From positions 6,931 through 70,930 of the forward strand of contig JANLFQ010000003.1 of NCBI GenBank assembly GCA_024653355.1: 64,000 nucleotides of DNA. Reading direction: 5' to 3'. The notes beneath the pieces are model-generated. The model made no database searches. It worked only from the letters and a program-made list of their open reading frames with translations, and was not told the DNA's origin. Both the position numbers and the translations under genes were made by a program. Below are positions 43,236-51,060 of this stretch, one piece after another. This stretch comes from a candidate division WOR-3 bacterium. GTDB lineage: Bacteria > Hydrothermota > Tepidihabitantia > Tepidihabitantales > Tepidihabitantaceae. Position 1 is the first letter of the stretch, and each line of letters begins with the position of its first letter.

Positions 43236-43433
43236 ATCTTAAAAGTAAAAGTTAAAGAGTTAGGTTAATAAAAAGGGTATAGCCTTTTTTTAATACCCTG
43301 CTCAAGAGTGCCGGGGCACAATTTGACTTTTACCCTTTAAAAAGTATCCTTCAATAAATAGGGGGGAGTTCGGGGTAGAAATGGTAACTGTTTTAGTTGA
43401 TTAAGGTTAAGTTTGTAAAATCAGGAGGATAAT

Positions 43434-44978
43434 ATGTTACCGAAGTTTAGCAATGAGCCGTATCTTGATTTTTCGGTGCCCGAGAATGCCCAGAGGATGC
43501 AAAAAGCAATTGCGGCACTGAAAGAAAAGTCAGGCGCTGAGTATGAGATAATTATCGGCGGAAAAAGGTTGAAGACAAAGGAGAAGTTTCAGTCCTTTAA
43601 CCCTTCGGATAAAAAGCCGGTCGGCACATTTCAACAGGCGACAGTAAAAGAGGCGGAGGCGGCAGTCAAAGCCGCATGGCAGGCGTTTGAGGAGTGGCGA
43701 TTTGTCCCGGCGATTGAACGGGCGTCCATCTTTTTGCGGGCGGCAAGGATAATGCGGCAGCGTCGGTTTGAGTTTGATGCCGCAATGGTACTTGAGGTGG
43801 GCAAGAACTGGGTTGAGGCGGATGCGGATTTTGCCGAGGCGGTCGATTTTCTTGAATTTTACAGCCGGGAGGCGATAAGGTACGATGCACCCTGTGGGGT
43901 TACGCCGTATCCAGGTGAGATTCAGGAGGTGCGGTACATTCCGCTCGGCGTCGGGTTGGTTATTCCACCTTGGAATTTTCCCTGCGCAATTATGGCGGGT
44001 ATGACAACCGCGGCGGCGGTCAGCGGCAATACGGTGATTTTGAAGCCGGCGTCGGACGCACCGCTGATTGCGGCACTTTTTATGGAATGCCTTGAAGAGG
44101 CGGGTCTGCCTGCGGGAGTGGTTAACTTTTTGACCGGACCAGGTTCCACAGTCGGGAATTACCTTGTTGAACATCCGAAGACCCGTTTTATCTCCTTCAC
44201 CGGGTCAAAAGATGTTGGTTTAAGAATTGTGGAGGCGGCAGGAAAAACGGTGCCGGGTCAGATATGGATAAAGCGGGTGGTGGCAGAGATGGGCGGTAAG
44301 GACTGCATTATCGTTGACTCAGAGGCGGACCTGAACAGTGCGGTTGAAGGGGTCGTGGTTTCGGCTTTTGGATATCAGGGCCAGAAATGCTCCGCCTGTT
44401 CAAGGTTAATCCTTGACGCCAAAATTCACGATGAGTTTCTTGATATGCTCATACCCCGAATCAAGAAAATCAAGGTGGGCCCGGTTGAGGTTCAGGAAAA
44501 CTGGATGGGTCCGGTGATAAATCAGGGCGCCTTCCGAAAGATTATGGAGTATATCAGTCTCGGAAAAAAGGAAGGCAAACTGTTGTGCGGCGGTAAGGGT
44601 GATGACCGTGAGGGGTATTTTATCCAGCCGACGGTTTTTGCCGATGTTAAGCGGTCGGCTCGTATTGCCCAGGAGGAGATTTTTGGACCGGTGCTGGCGG
44701 TGATTAAGGCGCGAAACTTTACCGACGCGCTGGACATCGCCAACTCCACCGAATACGGTTTAACCGGAGCGCTCTACACCCGAAATCGGGAAAAGATTCT
44801 GCGGGCGAAAAGGGAGTTTCATGTCGGCAATCTTTATTTCAACCGTAAGTGCACCGGTGCCTTAGTTGATGTCCAGCCGTTTGGTGGTTTCAACATGTCA
44901 GGCACGGACTCCAAAGCCGGAGGCCGCGATTACCTGCTGCTTTTCCTCCAGGCAAAGTCGATGACCGAACGGTTTTAA
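43434..44978 (+). CDS. pruA: L-glutamate gamma-semialdehyde (1-pyrroline-5-carboxylate) dehydrogenase
   Basis: ALDH family with VAEMGGKDCIIVD (catalytic Glu) and FGYQGQKCSACSR (Cys). 514 aa, with N-terminus and motifs like the RocA/PruA type. SD CAGGAGG upstream. Confidence 0.8.
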   Translation: MLPKFSNEPYLDFSVPENAQRMQKAIAALKEKSGAEYEIIIGGKRLKTKEKFQSFNPSDKKPVGTFQQATVKEAEAAVKAAWQAFEEWRFVPAIERASIFLRAARIMRQRRFEFDAAMVLEVGKNWVEADADFAEAVDFLEFYSREAIRYDAPCGVTPYPGEIQEVRYIPLGVGLVIPPWNFPCAIMAGMTTAAAVSGNTVILKPASDAPLIAALFMECLEEAGLPAGVVNFLTGPGSTVGNYLVEHPKTRFISFTGSKDVGLRIVEAAGKTVPGQIWIKRVVAEMGGKDCIIVDSEADLNSAVEGVVVSAFGYQGQKCSACSRLILDAKIHDEFLDMLIPRIKKIKVGPVEVQENWMGPVINQGAFRKIMEYISLGKKEGKLLCGGKGDDREGYFIQPTVFADVKRSARIAQEEIFGPVLAVIKARNFTDALDIANSTEYGLTGALYTRNREKILRAKREFHVGNLYFNRKCTGALVDVQPFGGFNMSGTDSKAGGRDYLLLFLQAKSMTERF

Positions 44979-45033
44979 TAAATAATAAATAGCGGTTATG
45001 CGATTAAACTTCAAACTGTAAAAAGGAGCGTCA

Positions 45034-46386
45034 ATGGCGGAACGGAAACGGGTAATAATAATGGGCGCCGCGGGAATGGATTACCATGTCTTTAATATGT
45101 TTTTCCGTGACCGGGAGGAGTTTGAGGTGGTTGGTTTCACGATGGCGGCGGAGCAGAATCTGGGTACGGTTGGGAAGTTGCGCACCTACCCGCCGGTCCT
45201 TGCGGGTAAACTTTATCCCCGGGGAATTCCAACATACTACGAGCGGGAATTGCCCGAGTTGATTAGAAAATTTAAGGTTGACCAGGTGGTTTTTGCCTAT
45301 TCCGATGTCAAACACGAGTTTGTGATGCACCGGGCTTCGGAAGCGCTGGCAGCGGGTGCCCAGTTTGTGCTTTTGCCTCCCCGGGTGCTGCAGATTCGGG
45401 CTAACAAGCCCGTTATCGCGGTTTGTGCGGTGCGAACCGGTTGCGGTAAATCCCAGACCTCGCGTCGGGTTTACGAGATTTTGAAGGGGATGGGGTTAAA
45501 GGTGGTGGCGATACGGGAACCGATGCCGTACGGTGAGCTTGAAAAACAAATCTGGCAGCGGTTTGCCAGTTACGAAGACCTGGACCGTGCCGGCGTGACA
45601 ATCGAGGAGCGCGAGGAGTATGAACCCTACATTGAGCAGGGGATGGTGATATATGCCGGGTGTGACTATCAGGAGATTTTGCAGCATGCCGAGTCCGAGG
45701 CGGATGTTATCGTCTGGGATGGCGGCAACAACGAAATTTCTTTTTATGTTCCGGACCTTTTGATTGTGCTTACCGACCCGTTGCGTGCTGACCATACGGT
45801 GATATACCATCCCGGTGAGATCAATCTATTGATGGCGGATGTGGTGGTCATCAACAAAGAGGACTCCGCAAAACCGGAAGCGATTGCCCGGTTAAAAGAG
45901 TTCATCCGGGAGCGAAATGCCCGGGCGGTAATCGTTGATGCCGATTCCCCTCTGATGGTTGACGACCCGGATAGAATCAGGGGTAAACGGGTGCTGGTAA
46001 TTGAAGATGGCCCGACGGTTACGCACGGTGAAATGCCTTACGGTGCGGGCAGAATTGCGGCAGAAAGGCTGGGAGCAAAGGAGATTGTTGACCCGAAGCC
46101 TTATGCCCAGGGAAGTCTGGCTGAGGAACTGAAAAGGAGCAGCCATCTTGACCGGGTTTTACCAGCGATGGGTTACTCGGTTGAACAGTTGCGGGAACTG
46201 GAAGAGGCGGTTAATCGTGCCCAGTGCGACCTGGTAGTGAGCGGTACGCCGATTGACCTGAGCCGGCTTTTGAAAACAAATAAACCGATTGTGCGGGTAC
46301 GGTATCGATTACAGGAGAAGTCGCAACCTGACCTTGAGAAGATTATCACCGAGCGGCTCCGGAATCTGAATGTTGTCAAAAAATAA
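45034..46386 (+). CDS. COG2403-type P-loop protein (annotated elsewhere as predicted GTPase / cyclic 2,3-diphosphoglycerate-synthetase-like)
   Basis: RVIIMGAAGMDYHVFNMFFRDREEFEVVGFT start, VVFAYSDV, P-loop AVRTGCGKSQTS, about 450 aa. Function cannot be determined. Confidence 0.55.
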   Translation: MAERKRVIIMGAAGMDYHVFNMFFRDREEFEVVGFTMAAEQNLGTVGKLRTYPPVLAGKLYPRGIPTYYERELPELIRKFKVDQVVFAYSDVKHEFVMHRASEALAAGAQFVLLPPRVLQIRANKPVIAVCAVRTGCGKSQTSRRVYEILKGMGLKVVAIREPMPYGELEKQIWQRFASYEDLDRAGVTIEEREEYEPYIEQGMVIYAGCDYQEILQHAESEADVIVWDGGNNEISFYVPDLLIVLTDPLRADHTVIYHPGEINLLMADVVVINKEDSAKPEAIARLKEFIRERNARAVIVDADSPLMVDDPDRIRGKRVLVIEDGPTVTHGEMPYGAGRIAAERLGAKEIVDPKPYAQGSLAEELKRSSHLDRVLPAMGYSVEQLRELEEAVNRAQCDLVVSGTPIDLSRLLKTNKPIVRVRYRLQEKSQPDLEKIITERLRNLNVVKK

Positions 46387-46392
46387 CACCTG

Positions 46393-47940
46393 GTGAAAGC
46401 GATGGGTGTTGAACAGTGGCGGCCCGAGGAGGTTGCATTACTGAAGGCGCTGGGCAGTATTCCCCAAAAGCCGGTTAAAATTTCGGAACTGGTCAAAATT
46501 CTGTGCCAGGACCAGTCGCTAGTAACAGCGGCGGCGGTGAGTTTGTCACAAAAGGGCTTGGTGCAGATTCAAGAGGAGGAACAGATAGAACTGGCACGGG
46601 GGCCTGAATGGGACGAAAAACTGCCCGAGCGCAAGGCGCTGGAGGTTATCGCCCGGGAGTTTAAATCGGAACAGGATACTATTTCCCTGAGCCAGTTGCC
46701 AGCACTTTTAAACAAGGCTGATGTTCGTTCCGAGGTCAAATTCCTGTTGCGGAAGGGCTGGTGCGAGCGAGAAGCACAAAATCTGCGCCTTAGCGCCCGG
46801 GGTAAAGAGGCGCTTGCCGGTAAACTTGAGGCGGATGAAATCGTCGTTCAGCAGTTGAGAGAAAAACCGGTGCTCCTGGCGAGCGAGTTGCAGGATAAGT
46901 TATCAGGTGTTGATATTGCGGCAGGGATTAATCTACTTAAAGGACGGGATGGGGTGGTGAAGATTAAAAAGCGCATTGGGCGCCTGGTTTCGCTTACCCA
47001 AGAAGGTGCGGCAGCAGTTCAGAAAGTGGATAAGGTTGGGGCGGAGGTGACGCAATTAACGCCGGAAATGCTTGCAACCGGCAAGTGGCGCGAGGTCAGT
47101 TTTCGGCGCTACGATGTTACCCTGGGAACCAAGCCCCGGTATCCGGGCAAGGAGCACCCTTTACAGCGGATAATTCAGGAGGCACGCCGGGCGTTTTTTG
47201 AACTGGGGTTTGAGGAGGTTTCATCACCGGTTGTCGAAGTTGCCTTCTGGGATTTTGATGCTTTGTTTCAACCTCAAGACCATCCCGCCCGGGAGATGCA
47301 AGACACTTTTTATCTTGCTAAACCGGCACGCGGTTCTCTGCCGGCGGAAGAGCTGGTACGGCGTGTTGCTGAGGCGCACGAACGGGGCGGTGACACCGGT
47401 TCTCGAGGCTGGCGCTACCATTGGGACCAGGAACAGGCGAGAAGGTTGCTTTTGCGCACCCATACGACCGCAGCAACAATCCGGGCACTGGCCCAAAACC
47501 CCAATCCGCCTCGCAAGGTGTTCTGCATCGGTAAAGTTTTCCGCCGGGAGAACATTGATGCCACTCATCTGCCCGAGTTTACCCAGCTCGACGGGATAAT
47601 CATTGATGACCATGCATCGCTTGTGACTTTGTTTGGGACCTTGGCAGAGTTTTACCGCAAGATGGGAGCGCACGAGGTGCGTTTTCGACCCTCATATTTC
47701 CCTTACACTGAGCCGAGTGTTGAGGTTTTTGCCAATCTCGGAAGTTTGGGTTGGGTTGAGATGGGTGGGGCGGGCGTATTTCGGCAGGAGGTGGTTAAAC
47801 CGTTGCGTTGTCAATCAAGAGTTCTTGCCTGGGGTTTGGGTTTGGAACGGCTCGCAATGATGCGTTTTGGAGTGCAGGATATCCGGCGTCTTTACTGGGC
47901 GGATATAAACTGGCTCCGGGAGGCAAAACTTTGCCGGTAG
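46393..47940 (+). CDS. pheS: phenylalanine--tRNA ligase alpha subunit, archaeal/eukaryotic type
   Basis: About 515 aa with a long N-terminal winged-helix-like region, then a class II core (HPLQRII, FDALFQPQDHPARE, LLRTHTT, FRRE..DATHLPEFTQLDG, FPYTEPS, GAGVFR). Confidence 0.85.
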   Translation: MKAMGVEQWRPEEVALLKALGSIPQKPVKISELVKILCQDQSLVTAAAVSLSQKGLVQIQEEEQIELARGPEWDEKLPERKALEVIAREFKSEQDTISLSQLPALLNKADVRSEVKFLLRKGWCEREAQNLRLSARGKEALAGKLEADEIVVQQLREKPVLLASELQDKLSGVDIAAGINLLKGRDGVVKIKKRIGRLVSLTQEGAAAVQKVDKVGAEVTQLTPEMLATGKWREVSFRRYDVTLGTKPRYPGKEHPLQRIIQEARRAFFELGFEEVSSPVVEVAFWDFDALFQPQDHPAREMQDTFYLAKPARGSLPAEELVRRVAEAHERGGDTGSRGWRYHWDQEQARRLLLRTHTTAATIRALAQNPNPPRKVFCIGKVFRRENIDATHLPEFTQLDGIIIDDHASLVTLFGTLAEFYRKMGAHEVRFRPSYFPYTEPSVEVFANLGSLGWVEMGGAGVFRQEVVKPLRCQSRVLAWGLGLERLAMMRFGVQDIRRLYWADINWLREAKLCR

Positions 47941-49643
47941 TTGCGGTTCCCCTTAACATTCTTTCCCGTCTTACCGGGAAAATGCTGACACCGGAGGAGA
48001 TTATCGGTCTGCTGGGTGAGTTGGGGTGCGATGTTGAAGGGTTTGAGCCCCTTACCAACAGACTAAAACTGAATCTCCTGCCGGCAAGGCCTGATATGTT
48101 TGATGTGTGCGGTCTGGCGCGCTGTTTGCGGGGTTATCTTGGCGTTGAAACGGGGCTGAAGGAATACGCCTTTGACTCTTCTGGGATAACGGTTCAGGTG
48201 GCAAAAGGGCTCGAAGAGGTGCGGCGGTTTATTGTGGCGGCGGTGATTAAAAATGTTCGGCTCGATGAAGAACAGGTGGCGGTGTTGATGGAGATGCAGG
48301 AAAATCTACACTGGGGTTTAGGCCGAGACCGGCGTCGGGCATCGATTGGCATTTACGACTTGAGCACGGTCGCACCCGATTTTGTCTATCGGCCGGTGGC
48401 ACCGGATGGCGTAAGGTTTGCACCGCTCGGTGGGGTGGAGTTAAAGGGGACGGTGCCGTTGACGCCAGCCGAGATTCTTGAGTTTCATCCCAAGGGCAGA
48501 GCTTACCGGCATCTGTTAGCAGACTATAAGGTTTATCCGCTGCTTACTGACAGCAATGGTAAAGTGCTTTCAATGCCACCGATAATCAACAGTGATGAAA
48601 CGAAGGTGACAGAAAAGAGTCGGGAACTTTTTGTCGATGTCACCGGCCCGGACGAGTGGGCGGTGAAGAAGTGTCTGGCGGTGGTGGCAGCGGCATTCGC
48701 CGATTTAGGGGGTGAGGTACAAACGGTGCGGGTTGTTTATCCTGCTGGTAGAGCGGATGTGACACCGGATATGACGCCGGAACGAATGACGGTTAACCTT
48801 GATGATGTGGTTGCGGTCGTTGGCGTGCAACTTCCCCCTGATAAAGTAGTTGAGCTCTTGCGCCGGATGCGCTACGAGGTTGTTAAAGAGAGTGTCCGTC
48901 CTGATGCGATGGAAGTTTTAATTCCGGCTTATCGGGTAGATGTACTTCATCCCTGGGACATCGTTGAGGATGTGGCAATCGCCTATGGCTATCACCATCT
49001 TCCCCGGAAGTTGATACCGACGGTAACAACCAGTAGACCGCAGGCGATTGAGGAGTTCAGTCAGTTGTGTCGCCGGGTGCTTATCGGGCTGGGGTTTATT
49101 GAGACGATGACGCTGGCATTGACCTGTCCCGAGGTCCATTTCGTAAAACTGAACCTGCAGGATGACGGGCGAAGTGTGCAACTGGAAAATCCCGCAACGG
49201 TTGAACAGACAATACTCCGCCGGCATCTTTTTTCCGGATTACTGGAGACATTCAGTATCAACACCACCCAGCCTTTGCCCCAGCAGATTTTTGAGGTCGG
49301 TGATGTCTTTTATGTTGACGAAAAAGCCGAGACGGGCACAATTACCCAACGGCATCTGGCGGTGGGAATGGCGGACGCCAAAGCCGGTTTTGCCGATATC
49401 AAAGCGGTAATTGAGGCGGTGAATCGGGAGCTGGACTTTACGGTTGCATTCGTGCCCAGCGATGAGATGCCTTTCATTCCCGGACGGTGCGCAGTGCTTC
49501 AAACCTCCAGTGGCAAGCGGGTTGGTATCTTGGGTGAGGTGCATCCTGAGGTGCTGGAGCGGTTTGGGTTGACGGTGCCGCTGGTTATGGCAGAGGTTGA
49601 TATTGAATGTTTACAGGCAGAAAGAACTCTGCCGCGCCATTAG
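47931..49643 (+). CDS. pheT: phenylalanine--tRNA ligase beta subunit, archaeal/eukaryotic type (about 570 aa)
   Basis: TTG 47931 gives MPVVAVPLNILSRLTGKMLTPEEIIGLLGELGCDVEG, the usual start of archaeal-type beta chains, and overlaps the pheS stop by 10 nt. B3_4/B5-like core. The length is far short of the roughly 800-aa bacterial PheT. Confidence 0.8.
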   Translation: MPVVAVPLNILSRLTGKMLTPEEIIGLLGELGCDVEGFEPLTNRLKLNLLPARPDMFDVCGLARCLRGYLGVETGLKEYAFDSSGITVQVAKGLEEVRRFIVAAVIKNVRLDEEQVAVLMEMQENLHWGLGRDRRRASIGIYDLSTVAPDFVYRPVAPDGVRFAPLGGVELKGTVPLTPAEILEFHPKGRAYRHLLADYKVYPLLTDSNGKVLSMPPIINSDETKVTEKSRELFVDVTGPDEWAVKKCLAVVAAAFADLGGEVQTVRVVYPAGRADVTPDMTPERMTVNLDDVVAVVGVQLPPDKVVELLRRMRYEVVKESVRPDAMEVLIPAYRVDVLHPWDIVEDVAIAYGYHHLPRKLIPTVTTSRPQAIEEFSQLCRRVLIGLGFIETMTLALTCPEVHFVKLNLQDDGRSVQLENPATVEQTILRRHLFSGLLETFSINTTQPLPQQIFEVGDVFYVDEKAETGTITQRHLAVGMADAKAGFADIKAVIEAVNRELDFTVAFVPSDEMPFIPGRCAVLQTSSGKRVGILGEVHPEVLERFGLTVPLVMAEVDIECLQAERTLPRH

Positions 49644-49646
49644 ATT

Positions 49647-50240
49647 ATGCGTTGTCCTCATTGTGGTGAACCGGTGCGGCCCGGTCAAGAGACCTGTTTT
49701 GCCTGTGGTGAGAAGTTAAGAACAAGACATTTTCGCCGCCAGCAAAACTTTGATGTTCGGATTGTGATTTTCGGCGTGGCGCTGTTGGTTGTCGGGCTGG
49801 TGGGTTTTTTGATTGTTCAGTTAGGAGGGCGCGCTGCGGTTACAAAAGACGGCAATCGTAAACCTATCAAGCAAGTTTCCGGAAATAAATCCCGTAAGCC
49901 CGCATTGAAGCATGATACGACAAGCGGGCTATCAGCGGATACGATACGATCGGTGACCGATGCGGTAGAGGTGGCGCGGGCAAAAGAACAGCTGGAGCGC
50001 CTGAAAAAGCGCTACGAGACGGTGAAAGGTCAGGTTCTTGGTGAAAGTCCAACGCCCGAACAAAGGGATTTGATGGCGTTGATTGACCGGGAGTTGACTC
50101 TCTTTCAGCGGAAGATAGGTGAGTTTGCCGGTTCGTTAACCGCCCAACGCAAACAGGCGCTCGAGAAGGAGATTGCCGCGCAACAGCGGGAAATCAACAA
50201 CTTGATTTCCAAATTTTCGCGCGCACCGAAAAACCGTTAA
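49647..50240 (+). CDS. zinc-ribbon, single-pass membrane, coiled-coil protein (unknown function)
   Basis: MRCPHCGEPVRPGQETCFACGEKL zinc ribbon, TM helix IVIFGVALLVVGLVGFLIV, then a charged helical tail. Confidence 0.55.
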   Translation: MRCPHCGEPVRPGQETCFACGEKLRTRHFRRQQNFDVRIVIFGVALLVVGLVGFLIVQLGGRAAVTKDGNRKPIKQVSGNKSRKPALKHDTTSGLSADTIRSVTDAVEVARAKEQLERLKKRYETVKGQVLGESPTPEQRDLMALIDRELTLFQRKIGEFAGSLTAQRKQALEKEIAAQQREINNLISKFSRAPKNR

Positions 50241-50773
50241 AAGGGCGCAAAGTGGGCGTCCTGCCAGTAGGAGTCCCGCAACTGATTTAACTGCTTTTGC
50301 AATGCTGCCGCATGGGTTTCTTCCCAGCGGACCAGGTTTGTGAAGAAATTTTGCACTTCTGGAATGGTGGTGGAAGATGCCAGATTGCGATACCGCTGGA
50401 TAGAAGCCTGTTCCAGAGCCAGACCAACTGAAAGCGCGGTCATTTCCCAGTGGGCGGTGTTCAGCCGGGATGTGAGTTCAGAAGAAAAAATCGGGCTTGC
50501 CTGCGCCGGGTTGATACGAGAAGTCTCGTTTAGCGGTTCAAAACGGGAGTTTTCCATCAGGTGTCCGTACTGACGTTTCAGGTATTCGAGGTGTTTGCGC
50601 TCTTCTTCGGCAAGGAGGGCAAAAATCTCTCGCCCCTGGACATCAACGGTCTTTTCTGCGGCGGTGGTGTAGAATTCAATTCCTGCCATTTCGGTGAGCA
50701 TCGCCTCTTTTAAACCGGCAAGGAGTTGTTTATTAGTCATACAATTTAATAATAGCGACTTTGGCAACGACAA
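50237..50773 (-). CDS. ferritin-like / rubrerythrin-like diiron domain protein
   Basis: E...EMAGIEFY and LAEEERKHLEYL (E..H) in the first half; ALEQASIQRY and WEETHAAAL in the second half. Confidence 0.6.
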   Translation of the reverse strand: MSLPKSLLLNCMTNKQLLAGLKEAMLTEMAGIEFYTTAAEKTVDVQGREIFALLAEEERKHLEYLKRQYGHLMENSRFEPLNETSRINPAQASPIFSSELTSRLNTAHWEMTALSVGLALEQASIQRYRNLASSTTIPEVQNFFTNLVRWEETHAAALQKQLNQLRDSYWQDAHFAPF

Positions 50774-50786
50774 TCAACTATCACCA

Positions 50787-51017
50787 TTATTGCCTGAGGA
50801 GCGAGTCAGGCTGGGTTAGTAATAAATAGAGAATTTTGAACCGGGGGAGGTTGAGTAAGAATACGATTGTGATGGCGAGGAGTAAAACGAGGGTTACGAG
50901 CCAGAGCAGGTTAATACCCGGACGCCGCCGGTTCTGGTCAAGCCGGGCTTTTTGCAGCGCGGCAAGAATTTTTCGGGCTCTTTCTTCGTCGTTTTCCGGT
51001 AGTGGCGGTTTCATCAT
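50787..51017 (-). CDS. small membrane protein (hypothetical)
   Basis: 76 aa with one clear TM helix (INLLWLVTLVLLLAITIVFLL); no other evidence. Confidence 0.35.
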   Translation of the reverse strand: MMKPPLPENDEERARKILAALQKARLDQNRRRPGINLLWLVTLVLLLAITIVFLLNLPRFKILYLLLTQPDSLLRQ

Positions 51018-51060
51018 TGCCCCGCAGGGGTTTTTTTGTTATTGTGTCTAATTGTATAGT

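Noticed and set aside
43262-43300. Terminator after the 40302 gene (AAAAAGG...CCTTTTTTT / AGGGTAT...ATACCCT).
   Set aside because: Only short AU-rich or widely spaced stems can be drawn, much weaker than the other terminators in the window.
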